Shown here: positions 28,918-37,895 of the stretch, piece after piece | How the letters are laid out: each line of letters opens with the position of its first letter | Position numbering within the stretch: the first letter of the stretch is position 1 | Assembly: GCA_037131105.1 (NCBI GenBank) | Contig: JBAXRQ010000003.1 | Location: 1-54,605 of the forward strand | Direction of reading: 5' to 3' | From: a bacterium | Lineage (GTDB): Bacteria > Patescibacteriota > UBA1384 > CAILIB01 | DNA: 54,605 nt | Position numbers and translations under genes: made by a program | Notes under the pieces: model-generated | Databases searched by the model: none | What the model saw: the letters and a program-made list of their open reading frames with translations, nothing else | Told to the model about the DNA's origin: nothing

Positions 28918-28926
28918 AGGTAATCC

Positions 28927-29169
28927 TTACGGAACCGGAATCCAGATAGAAATCTGGGAGTCATTAACAGGAGTCCAAGTATTGCTGACATTCGCAATCT
29001 GGAAGGCGGGCTGAAATGCACCTAGCTGGAACGCGCCAGCAATAGCCACTGCAATCGCAGACCATGATGGGATATTTGAACCACCGGCAGATGCCCACGG
29101 AGAAACAGGACCGGGGCTTACCCCAGTCCATCCCCCTGTTTGTGAGTCATCTACCGGAGTCCAAGTCAT
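28927..29169 (-). CDS. Small Trp-repeat structural protein
   Basis: TWTPV(D/N)DSQ at both ends, AFQ x3 in the middle; AAGGA RBS downstream serves the next gene. Confidence 0.5.
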   Translation of the reverse strand: MTWTPVDDSQTGGWTGVSPGPVSPWASAGGSNIPSWSAIAVAIAGAFQLGAFQPAFQIANVSNTWTPVNDSQISIWIPVP

Positions 29170-29172
29170 AGC

Positions 29173-29718
29173 TTACTTCTTGGTAATAGTGATGATCAGA
29201 TCGCGGTACGAATTGATGTACTTGCCCATAGCAAACATCTTCGTCTCCATCGTCCGCGTTTCCAGCCACGGCTCCCAACTACCACCCACTACGAAATCAA
29301 AATCGCAAGTGAGAGGGGCATGGGGAGCATTGGCATCGCGCCAAGCTTTATTCAGGTAGTACACCGCCCATTCAGACATCGGCGGCCACTGATGGGTCGG
29401 ATCGCCATATGCACAAGCGTTTGACCAGTGCGGCACTACTATTCTGGCTTGTGCGCCTTTCTTCATGACGCGACCAAGCTCATTCCAGAACTTGACCCGC
29501 TCATTGTTAGTCAGGTGTTCTACGAAGTGAGAGGAGTGGACTTCATCTACTGAGTCATCCTCCCACGGCCACGGGGTCTCACGAACATCCATGACGGTAT
29601 CGACGCCATCAAATTGGATGGAATCTACGCCATGAAAGCCAGCGGCTTTGTTCTTGCCACAGCCAATATCGAGCTTCAATGGCGGCTTGGGGGCTTCTTC
29701 AACTACAACTGCGTTCAT
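29173..29718 (-). CDS. Class I SAM-dependent methyltransferase
   Basis: LDIGCG motif I, GVD, SSHFVEHL, PHWS...GDPTH; AAGGA RBS before ATG 29718. Confidence 0.88.
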   Translation of the reverse strand: MNAVVVEEAPKPPLKLDIGCGKNKAAGFHGVDSIQFDGVDTVMDVRETPWPWEDDSVDEVHSSHFVEHLTNNERVKFWNELGRVMKKGAQARIVVPHWSNACAYGDPTHQWPPMSEWAVYYLNKAWRDANAPHAPLTCDFDFVVGGSWEPWLETRTMETKMFAMGKYINSYRDLIITITKK

Positions 29719-29726
29719 ATTTTCCT

Positions 29727-30464
29727 TTACCACATCGTGTCTGGAATGCCGAATTTACCTTCATGATCATAGTGTCCAACAAGGACTCCACAATCAACAG
29801 CGCACCGGTAGCCATACTTTCTGGCATCGTTCCAGAAGTACAGATCCTGTGTGCCGATACCCTGACCTTCAGAGCCATTCAAGGTCTTGAACCATGGCTT
29901 ACGCAGCCGGTCATCCTTGAACATACTCATACGCCATAGGTTGAACCCCATGCTAGTACCACAGCACTCAACGAGTTCGTTGGGCTTGGGGACTTGGGGA
30001 CGGAAATTGATCTGGGCATCTTTCGCGTCTCCCCAGATATGGGCGCAACCTTCAGGGCCTTTACACCAGTAAAGACCGCCAATACAGGCATACTCTGGGT
30101 GCTTCTCCATCTGAGTAATCAGCTTGACGACTCCATCACCCGGTGGGCAGTTATCCGACTCGATGGTCAGGATGTACTCCCACTGGCTAAGATCAGGATG
30201 GGCAAGGATTTCAGCTATGCAGTTGCTATACGCTTCACCAACTTCTTGGCCGAGCGCGAGCATCCGATGGACCGCCTGATTAGGCGGGAAAGCAATCGAC
30301 CAATGCGACAGAGCTACCTTCGTGGGGATCGTAGCAGCAGACGGTAGGATCACAATGACCCTCTGCTTTTTCCAAGATCCACCTTCCAGCACACGCAACG
30401 AAGACTTTGCGAGGTCTTCATTGTGATAGCCAGAATCATGCGTGGTTAAAATCTGCGGTTTCAT
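29727..30464 (-). CDS. GT-A fold (GT2-like) glycosyltransferase
   Basis: YILTIESDNCPP (DxD-like), SMGFNLW, PWFK, TQDLYFW...GYRCAVD..VLVGH. Confidence 0.75.
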   Translation of the reverse strand: MKPQILTTHDSGYHNEDLAKSSLRVLEGGSWKKQRVIVILPSAATIPTKVALSHWSIAFPPNQAVHRMLALGQEVGEAYSNCIAEILAHPDLSQWEYILTIESDNCPPGDGVVKLITQMEKHPEYACIGGLYWCKGPEGCAHIWGDAKDAQINFRPQVPKPNELVECCGTSMGFNLWRMSMFKDDRLRKPWFKTLNGSEGQGIGTQDLYFWNDARKYGYRCAVDCGVLVGHYDHEGKFGIPDTMW

Positions 30465-33400
30465 TTAGTTCTCAAAAAATACATAGGGGTAGGCGTTAGC
30501 TACTGCTCCTCGCATATCACTAAGTGGCATTGTTGACGGCCATGCTCCTGAAGTTGCGGAATATATAAACCCAAACGGTTCGTGAAGAATTGACGCATTA
30601 GTGGCGGTAACACCGTTAGGGGCCAGTCCACCAAACCCAGTAAGTGAGGCTTCAGCATTCGCCATGTATGAGATGCGTATAGCGCCTGTATTACCTACTG
30701 AGGCGGTAGAGTTTGCCAGACCAAAATAGTATAACCCACCCTCTGCAATACTAGTAGCAAACGGGAGGGAGGCGATCTTCTGCCCTGTCCATGCTGATAC
30801 AGAACCCGTGCCCGCACTGCTGTAGGTAGTGCTATTTGCACCTTGGGCAATCGTGTAACCAGCGGATAGGTTAGAAGAGTAAGAATGTATAATCGCCATT
30901 GAAGAAGATACCATTAGCAGCATCTGGCTAGTACTCGCCCCAGTACCCTGAGAATACATTGCGTAACTTAGAGTATTACTAACAGCGTGGCTAATAGAGC
31001 TACTCGCATTAGAGAGGCTCATCATAAATTCTACAATGGACATAGAATAATTGCCCATTGGGAACATCGGCATAAAAGCCAACGTATTCTGACCGAAGGA
31101 GGTATACGTCGAGTTGCCTAGCTGCCAAGGTAAATAATCTTGCATTGTGGTAGGAGTAGGGGCACCAATACTGATGGTGCTACCGTTAACCGAGATACTA
31201 ACGGCACCTGTTCCGCTTATGGACGAGGTAGCAGGTACCGAGAACAGCGCACTTTGAATACCATTACTGATAGTCAATGCGCCGCCCGCAGCAGCCAAAA
31301 CTACAGTACCAGACGTAAACGTCGAGTTACTCGCGGCTATAGCAACACCGCCACCGCCGCCGCCAGATGGGACAGAGATTAGAACAACACCACCAGATAC
31401 ACCGACAGAGGCTACGCCCGCTCCCGCGAACGAGAGACTACGGAAGTCAATAGCTGCACTAGACGATAGCTGTGTACTGTTGGCTGTGACGTAGACATTG
31501 CCTGTCTGGTTGGACTGCGAGAAGCTCGCAGTTATGGTGCCAATCGGGCCAAGCCCAGCAGTGGACAACCCGAAAGACATGTTGTTGCTGTTAACGAACA
31601 CAACTTGCGTTACGTTCGCGCTGGCGTTGCTGCCGCTGATGTTAATAGCTGAGATCAGGCCCGCTGTGCTAGGAGCAGTCGTTAGGTAAGCACCTGCACT
31701 CTGAAGGGCAGTGGTGATGTTCGATGCCAACCCGAACGTGATCGAGGATCCATTGGTCGATGCCGATAGGCTGGAGCCTACGTTGAGGCTGATGGCACCC
31801 GAGGATCCATTGACGCTACTGACATACGCCGTAGGAACAGTCGGGACCGTGTAGCTACCGACAATCGCATTGCCGAGAGACGTATAGAACGTCAATCCAT
31901 TGGCGTTGCTGAAGCTCACTGCACCCGACAGGGATGCTGTTCCACCACCTGTGTTGTTCGTAGCCGCAATAGCCAGCGATACGTTAGAAGCTGAAGACTG
32001 GGCGGCAGTCGTCAGGTAAGCGCCAACAGGTTGAGCAGTCGTTAGATAAGCACCTGCACTCTGAAGGGCAGTGGTGATGTTCGATGCCAACCCGAACGTG
32101 ATCGAGGATCCATTGGTCGATGCCGATAGGCTGGAGCCTACGTTGAGGCTGATGGCACCCGAGGATCCATTGACGCTACTGACATATGCCGTAGGAACAG
32201 CAGGTACGGTGTAGCTCACCGTGATCTGCGATGAGTTCGACATGCCAAACGTCATGCCGTTAGAGTTCACAAACTGCAGAGTACCTGCAGTCTGAAGCTG
32301 TGTACCTGCACTTATCCCGCTAATACCCGTCTGGGCACCCGCTGCATTAGCACCGGAAATGGTGACAGTCATGCCCCCTGCACCGGTAACTCCGGAGAGG
32401 GTGATGTTGTTTCCACCCGCAAACACTAGCTGGTTGGAGACAGTACCGCTGGTGTTAGAAGTGTTACCGCCTGAGACGCCCATCGATACCGCAGGGGCAC
32501 CAATACTGATGGTATTTCCAGCGCCTACAACACTGACAATCCCAGTACCAACAATTGAGGATGTAGCCGGGGTAGTCGTTATATAGACGGGCAAACCCAT
32601 GTTCAGGCCGTTGGTATCCAGCGTCGCTACGATCAGAGATCCAGCGGTCGAGGCACTCGTAAATCCAGTCTTAGCAAAGACGGAGGAAGACTGCGATTGC
32701 ATGGCAGTCGTCAGATACGCGCCTGTGAAACTTGCCGTAATCGTGCCGTTGCTTAGGCCGAAGGCGATATTGCCGGGGCCGCTATTAGAGAACAGTACAG
32801 TACCTGAAGTCTGGGTCTGGGTTCCCGCCCCGATGGCGCTTATCCCAGTCTGGGCACCCGCTGCAGCAGTCAGATAGGCAGGGATGCCCATGTTCAGGCC
32901 GTTGGTATCCAGCGTCGCTACGATCAGAGATCCAGCAGTTGAGGCGCTTGTAAACCCGGTCTTAGCGAAGACAGATGAAGACTGTGACTGCATAGCAGTC
33001 GTCAGGTAAGCACCCGCACTCTGGAGGGCAGTGGTGATGTTCGATGCCAACCCAAACGTGATCGAGGATCCATTGGTCGATGCCGAAAGGCTAGAGCCTA
33101 CGTTGAGGCTGATAGCACCCGAGGATCCATTGACGCTACTGACATATGCCGTAGGAACAGCAGGTACGGTGTAGCTCACCGTGATCTGCGATGAGTTCGA
33201 CATGCCAAACGTCATGCCGTTAGAGTTCACAAACTGCAGAGTACCTGCAGTCTGAAGCTGTGTACCTGCACTTATCCCGCTAATACCCGTCTGGGCACCC
33301 GCTGCATTAGCACCGGAAATGGTGACAGTCATGCCCCCTGCACCGGTAACTCCGGAGAGGGTGATGTTGTTTCCACCCGCAAACACTAGCTGGTTGGAGA

Positions 33401-34748
33401 CAGTACCGCTGGTGTTAGAAGTGTTACCGCCTGAGACGCCCATCGACACTGCTGGGGCACCAATACTGATGGTGCTACCGTTAACCGAAATACTAACGGC
33501 ACCTGTTCCGCTTATGGACGAGGTAGCAGGTACCGAGAACGACCCAATAATGCCCTGACCAGTCGTAGACAAGAACGAGAAGCTATTGCTATTAATAAAG
33601 TTGATAGAGCCTGACGTATACGTTGCACCACCGACTGCGACGCTGCTAATACCCGTCTGGGCACCACCAACAGCAGGTACTGTGTAGCTACCAACGATGC
33701 TTCCATTGGTTGTATAGAACGTCAGTCCGTTAGACGCGCCCATCGAGAGTGTCGAGAAGGCAAAAGATCCATTAGATCCACTGACAGCAACAGGCTGGGT
33801 AGTCTGGACTGGGGTAGTCGTTAGATAGGCGGGAACGCCCATGTTCAGGCCATTGGTATCCAACGTAGCAACAATTGCTGCACCAGCGGTCGAGGCACTC
33901 GTAAATCCAGTCTTGGCGAAGACGGATGAAGACTGCGATTGCATGGCAGTCGTTAGGTAAGCACCCGTGAAGCTAGCGGTAATCGTGCCGTTGCTTAAGC
34001 CGAAGGCGATATTGCCGGGGCCGCTATTAGAGAACAGTACAGTACCTGAAGTCTGAGTCTGGGTTCCCGCCCCGATGCCACTGATAGCAGTCTGGGCACC
34101 ACCAACAGCAGGTACTGTGTAGCTACCAACGATGCTTCCATTGGTTGTATAGAACGTCAGTCCGTTAGACGCGCCCATCGAGAGTGTCGAGAAGGCAAAA
34201 GATCCATTAGATCCACTGACAGCAACAGGCTGGGTAGTCTGGACTGGGGTAGTCGTTAGGTAAGCACCTGCACTCTGAAGGGCAGTGGTGATGTTCGATG
34301 CCAACCCGAACGTGATCGAGGATCCATTGGTCGATGCCGATAGGCTGGAGCCTACGTTGAGGCTGATGGCACCCGAGGATCCATTGACCTGACTAACATA
34401 TGACGTAGGAACAGTCGGGACCGTGTAGCTCGCCGTCATGGTCCCATTGCTGAGACCAAACGAAACACCGTTGGAATTGGCGAAGACAATTGATCCACTG
34501 GATGCAGATGAAGTGCCACCGCTAATGGTTAGATTGCCCCCGCCGCCTGATGGGGCTGAAGCAGTGATAAACCCATTCGCGCTCAATCCGAAGGTGACGT
34601 TACCACCGTTGGAGAACGCTCCGCTAATCTCAGAGCCTACGGCATTGATGGACGCCGCATGTCCAGAGTTCCAGTGGCTGGGACGGATCTCGTATTGAGT
34701 AATGTCCGGAGTAGTTGCCGTTAGGGAATGAAATACGGTAATAGGCAT
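30465..34748 (-). CDS. Ser/Thr/Gly-rich repetitive fibre/adhesin
   Basis: 1427 aa; IRPSHWNSGH anchor, recurring FxNSNGxTFG beta-hairpin units, large internal duplications. Confidence 0.75.
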   Translation of the reverse strand: MPITVFHSLTATTPDITQYEIRPSHWNSGHAASINAVGSEISGAFSNGGNVTFGLSANGFITASAPSGGGGNLTISGGTSSASSGSIVFANSNGVSFGLSNGTMTASYTVPTVPTSYVSQVNGSSGAISLNVGSSLSASTNGSSITFGLASNITTALQSAGAYLTTTPVQTTQPVAVSGSNGSFAFSTLSMGASNGLTFYTTNGSIVGSYTVPAVGGAQTAISGIGAGTQTQTSGTVLFSNSGPGNIAFGLSNGTITASFTGAYLTTAMQSQSSSVFAKTGFTSASTAGAAIVATLDTNGLNMGVPAYLTTTPVQTTQPVAVSGSNGSFAFSTLSMGASNGLTFYTTNGSIVGSYTVPAVGGAQTGISSVAVGGATYTSGSINFINSNSFSFLSTTGQGIIGSFSVPATSSISGTGAVSISVNGSTISIGAPAVSMGVSGGNTSNTSGTVSNQLVFAGGNNITLSGVTGAGGMTVTISGANAAGAQTGISGISAGTQLQTAGTLQFVNSNGMTFGMSNSSQITVSYTVPAVPTAYVSSVNGSSGAISLNVGSSLSASTNGSSITFGLASNITTALQSAGAYLTTAMQSQSSSVFAKTGFTSASTAGSLIVATLDTNGLNMGIPAYLTAAAGAQTGISAIGAGTQTQTSGTVLFSNSGPGNIAFGLSNGTITASFTGAYLTTAMQSQSSSVFAKTGFTSASTAGSLIVATLDTNGLNMGLPVYITTTPATSSIVGTGIVSVVGAGNTISIGAPAVSMGVSGGNTSNTSGTVSNQLVFAGGNNITLSGVTGAGGMTVTISGANAAGAQTGISGISAGTQLQTAGTLQFVNSNGMTFGMSNSSQITVSYTVPAVPTAYVSSVNGSSGAISLNVGSSLSASTNGSSITFGLASNITTALQSAGAYLTTAQPVGAYLTTAAQSSASNVSLAIAATNNTGGGTASLSGAVSFSNANGLTFYTSLGNAIVGSYTVPTVPTAYVSSVNGSSGAISLNVGSSLSASTNGSSITFGLASNITTALQSAGAYLTTAPSTAGLISAINISGSNASANVTQVVFVNSNNMSFGLSTAGLGPIGTITASFSQSNQTGNVYVTANSTQLSSSAAIDFRSLSFAGAGVASVGVSGGVVLISVPSGGGGGGVAIAASNSTFTSGTVVLAAAGGALTISNGIQSALFSVPATSSISGTGAVSISVNGSTISIGAPTPTTMQDYLPWQLGNSTYTSFGQNTLAFMPMFPMGNYSMSIVEFMMSLSNASSSISHAVSNTLSYAMYSQGTGASTSQMLLMVSSSMAIIHSYSSNLSAGYTIAQGANSTTYSSAGTGSVSAWTGQKIASLPFATSIAEGGLYYFGLANSTASVGNTGAIRISYMANAEASLTGFGGLAPNGVTATNASILHEPFGFIYSATSGAWPSTMPLSDMRGAVANAYPYVFFEN
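31681..34388. repeat. Intragenic direct repeats in the fibre gene
   Basis: 134 bp identical at 31681-31814 and 34255-34388, with further copies at 32041 and 33001; about 330 bp identical at 32158-32486 and 33118-33446; 170 bp identical at 33655-33824 and 34090-34259. Confidence 0.93.
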
Positions 34749-34756
34749 GAGCTACT

Positions 34757-35191
34757 CTAATAGAATCTAAGTACGGAAGTCGTCGCACCATTCACCGGGA
34801 ATTGTACGGTGAACGTGTTGTTGACTGGCGTTTTATTACCTCCAAAGGCCAAGATGAATACTGCTCGATTCCCCTGTGTCGAGTTGTAGATCAATGCCCC
34901 GTTAGCAGTGAAACTTGCGCCTAGCCATACAGCATCAGCAAAAGACTCATACGCAGTAACCCCACTATTAGCCGGGGCCGTGGGAGTCAGGACTATCCCA
35001 CCCGCAGAATATCCTGCGCCGGTGATTTCACCGACTGAGGTATAGAGGGTAGTCGCCGCAGGATCAAGGCTAGCCGTAGAAGCATATAGCGCCATCTTGA
35101 ACGTGTCGGCTGCGCGGTACGCTGAACTAAATGCATGGTACCCGTTTAGGAGTTCCGCTCTAAAGCTACCGCACTGACCTTGGATAATCAT
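34757..35191 (-). CDS. Conserved virion structural protein
   Basis: QGQCGSFRAELL...TFKMALY...GAGYSAGG...ANGALIYN...LAFGGNKT pattern. Confidence 0.65.
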   Translation of the reverse strand: MIIQGQCGSFRAELLNGYHAFSSAYRAADTFKMALYASTASLDPAATTLYTSVGEITGAGYSAGGIVLTPTAPANSGVTAYESFADAVWLGASFTANGALIYNSTQGNRAVFILAFGGNKTPVNNTFTVQFPVNGATTSVLRFY

Positions 35192-35835
35192 TGCACAGGT
35201 ACTCTAACTTGACCGTTACGGTAAGCATCGCGGCGGTTCTTACCATCGCCAAGCTGCTTCAGAAGCCCCATGCCTTCCTGATACTTCTGCTCATAGTACC
35301 CGATAATGTCCTGCTCACCCTTCATGAACAGATACGCTTCACGAAGCGCACCGTATAGAAGGACTTCAGCAAAATTATTACCCAGCCAGCTAGTCCCAGC
35401 GGTAACAATCGAAGTCGGGTAATAGTAGTAATGAAGTTCTACAGCATACGACTGATCCGGAGTAGGACCTAGAATCAGCGTATTCTGGTCAAACTGCGCA
35501 TAGAAACCCGGAGTACCTGTGACAGTCGGAGTAGGGAACGACTGCCGGATAAAGTTCACATCTTTATCTAATGGATAAGAATAAGCCCCTGATACCGGGT
35601 CGATTACGGCTAGCGAGAATGTCGCTAGCCAATCAGTCGGTAGAGTCAGGTACTTATTAGTAGCCGTCAGTGTACCCGTCTGGTTCTTCCGAATAGCCGG
35701 AAGCTGGACCGAGTTATATACCCGCTCTTCTGCAAGCTGTACAAACGTAGGAATATTAGAAACAAAAGTTGGTTCCGTATTCTGGCAATAGTCCTCAATA
35801 GCTTGCGTAAGCTGCGCGTATGTCAAGGTAGCCAC
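35188..35835 (-). CDS. Head-tail adaptor / tail tubular protein A-like
   Basis: TYAQLTQAIEDY...IPTFVQLAEERVY, GPTPD, LLYGALREAY..MKGE. Confidence 0.72.
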   Translation of the reverse strand: MATLTYAQLTQAIEDYCQNTEPTFVSNIPTFVQLAEERVYNSVQLPAIRKNQTGTLTATNKYLTLPTDWLATFSLAVIDPVSGAYSYPLDKDVNFIRQSFPTPTVTGTPGFYAQFDQNTLILGPTPDQSYAVELHYYYYPTSIVTAGTSWLGNNFAEVLLYGALREAYLFMKGEQDIIGYYEQKYQEGMGLLKQLGDGKNRRDAYRNGQVRVPVQ

Positions 35836-35838
35836 AGA

Positions 35839-36105
35839 TTACCCCTTAGTACGCACCGGGTCGTGATCTTCGATATCCGAGTAGAACTCGCGGCCACGCT
35901 CTGCAGCGCCATAACCACGCATTTCCATACGGTTCTTTTTCTTGCCATAAGGATCAATAAAACGACCCTTACTCTTGGTACCCGTCAGGTTCATATCATC
36001 CTGCGGATAGCCCTGCTTAGTTGGGTTCGTGTTCTGCTTTGGCTGCTTGTACTTGCCAATAGGGTCTTCATCAAACCCAAACCAATCAAACTTATCGTTG
36101 CTCAT
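35839..36105 (-). CDS. Small basic protein
   Basis: 88 aa containing MRGYGAAERG; TAATG coupling. Confidence 0.55.
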   Translation of the reverse strand: MSNDKFDWFGFDEDPIGKYKQPKQNTNPTKQGYPQDDMNLTGTKSKGRFIDPYGKKKNRMEMRGYGAAERGREFYSDIEDHDPVRTKG

Positions 36106-36227
36106 TACGATCCCCGCTTGCCGCCGCGCTGATTCATAACGCGGGACATATTCCGACCATACTTCTTACGATCCATCGACGAAGGACCGCCCTTAGAACG
36201 GGGGGCTGGTTTGCTCTCTTTCTTCAT
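36105..36227 (-). CDS. 40-aa basic protein missing from the ORF track
   Basis: MKKESKPAPRSKGGPSSMDRKKYGRNMSRVMNQRGGKRGS; AGGAG RBS; stop overlaps the next ATG. Confidence 0.7.
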   Translation of the reverse strand: MKKESKPAPRSKGGPSSMDRKKYGRNMSRVMNQRGGKRGS

Positions 36228-36236
36228 TCTATTCTC

Positions 36237-36614
36237 CTACGAAATGACCACAGTTACATCGCTAACAGCGCAGTTAGTTGTTAAAGCATTGGGAGTAAGC
36301 CCATTATCAATGCCCTGAGACCCACCTACTGGATTCCATCCCCAATTGATAACCCGGCTACCGCCCGCCCCGTCATTCCCAGCCTCGTAATAACTTACGT
36401 CTGGGCGAGGGTTACGGACAGCTTGAGGATCATCGACAGGATATAACCCCAACTGTAACTGCGGCTGATCTGGTTCCCAGCACTCTGGGCATACCTTGAT
36501 ATTCACGTTCTTGGTCTTTATGACCAAAGTTTTCAGTTCAGAAAGCTTATACCGAAATCCGCAACGGTCACACTCCGCAATAGAATGTCTAGCTGATGCG
36601 TAACGACTTGACAT
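36237..36614 (-). CDS. Zn-finger-like virion morphogenesis protein
   Basis: CDRC...CPEC, WEPDQPQL, DDPQAVRNPRPD. Confidence 0.65.
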   Translation of the reverse strand: MSSRYASARHSIAECDRCGFRYKLSELKTLVIKTKNVNIKVCPECWEPDQPQLQLGLYPVDDPQAVRNPRPDVSYYEAGNDGAGGSRVINWGWNPVGGSQGIDNGLTPNALTTNCAVSDVTVVIS

Positions 36615-36616
36615 GA

Positions 36617-37336
36617 CTATCTCAGGAACGACTCACGGGGGACAAAGCGAATAGCCGCTTTTTCACGGTCTTCATCTGAAGCCCACTGCCAATCTTCATC
36701 GTACATCGCTTTGAGAACCGCTGTACGGGAGTCAGCACCGGGGATCTTAAGAGACAAAAGATAAGCTAGCCCAGAGATCATCGGGGTAAGGAACCTGAAT
36801 GGAATATCTTGCCCATTGATACCATCGCCCGCGTCCTGCATACGCTTCAGCCGCGTATAGACAAACGTGTAAGTTGTACTATTATCAGGTAACGGCCAAA
36901 CATTAATAGTCGGATAGACGACCGCGCCTACCGAATTCGTAGCCCCAGAAAGACGATTGATCCAAACTTGAATCGGACGCCCTGTAGCGTTCTTATTAGG
37001 GATGGAAAGATACGTCGAGCTAGAGATCCGAGTGATATTAATATCAATCTGGGTCGTACCTGTACCCGTCCGGATTACATGGTCGAGAAGATCAATCGTA
37101 TTTACTGGGAGAGTATAGGTTCCAACGTTATACGTTAGAAGCTGGGATCCAGTATCGAGCGTCCAGAGATTAATGCCCTTGTTGGCCCAATCAGCAAGTA
37201 GAAGATTCAGACTACGTTTAGCAGTCCGAAAGTCATAGCCGCTACGGAGTTCTGCACCGCATCGTTCAAAAGCTTCTTCAAGGATCTCATTAAGATCTGG
37301 ATTGAATGAAGTAGTACCTGAAAGTTGGGCTGTCAT
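36617..37336 (-). CDS. Second head-tail connector/adaptor-like protein
   Basis: LNEILEEAFERCG..LRSGYDFRTAKRSLNLL..DWANKGINLW; TAATG-coupled start at 37336. Confidence 0.68.
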   Translation of the reverse strand: MTAQLSGTTSFNPDLNEILEEAFERCGAELRSGYDFRTAKRSLNLLLADWANKGINLWTLDTGSQLLTYNVGTYTLPVNTIDLLDHVIRTGTGTTQIDINITRISSSTYLSIPNKNATGRPIQVWINRLSGATNSVGAVVYPTINVWPLPDNSTTYTFVYTRLKRMQDAGDGINGQDIPFRFLTPMISGLAYLLSLKIPGADSRTAVLKAMYDEDWQWASDEDREKAAIRFVPRESFLR

Positions 37337-37677
37337 TAGCAGTTCCACGCCCTTAAGGACTTATTGATCCGGCTATCCGGATCACCAGCCGTTTTCTTGC
37401 TCGTTAGTTTACGCTTCATGCCCTTCATACGGGCGCAAAACGAATTCCGGCGAGACCCACCTTCTGGCTGTGGAGCCTTAAGATGCGCTCCGTGGGCCTT
37501 GTTATAAGAAGTCCTACCCTTGGCGTTCAACCCGCCTTTGGGGTTCTGGCCTTCCTTGCGCGTCCACGCGGTGCCGCCCTCTGAGTATAACTTCACGGGA
37601 ACATCAGAATCCTTTCTCTCGATGAGTCTAGGTTTCTTGGAAGGCGAAATAGCCCCCATGCCCCGTGAGGGTCTCAT
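37336..37677 (-). CDS. Small basic conserved phage protein
   Basis: MRPSRGMGAI..., GGLNAKGR, RRNSFCARM, SRINKSLRAWNC. Confidence 0.65.
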   Translation of the reverse strand: MRPSRGMGAISPSKKPRLIERKDSDVPVKLYSEGGTAWTRKEGQNPKGGLNAKGRTSYNKAHGAHLKAPQPEGGSRRNSFCARMKGMKRKLTSKKTAGDPDSRINKSLRAWNC

Positions 37678-37895
37678 TAGACAAACTTCCCGCGAGTCTT
37701 ACCCTTGGATTCACAGCCGCTACCCCGGACGGAGCCACCTGAAGCGAACTTCTTGCGTTCCCGCCACTCCTTACCCGCTCCAGTAGGAGCAGACGGGACA
37801 GTCCCCTTGGGGGGCGTATCCTGATCACTCATAGGATTAGGCTTAGGATCCGGCTTAGCGGGTCCCCCGTCTGCCATCTTCTTACAGCGGGCCAT
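37677..37895 (-). CDS. Small basic xxGG-motif protein
   Basis: MADGG, FASGG and C-terminal RGSGCESKGKTRG; coupled on both sides. Confidence 0.6.
   Translation of the reverse strand: MARCKKMADGGPAKPDPKPNPMSDQDTPPKGTVPSAPTGAGKEWRERKKFASGGSVRGSGCESKGKTRGKFV

Noticed and set aside
31681-34388. Fibre repeats as a diversity-generating retroelement template/variable pair or a CRISPR array
   Set aside because: No reverse transcriptase gene. Differences between copies are mostly synonymous and not adenine-specific. The repeats are long, in frame and lack unique spacers.
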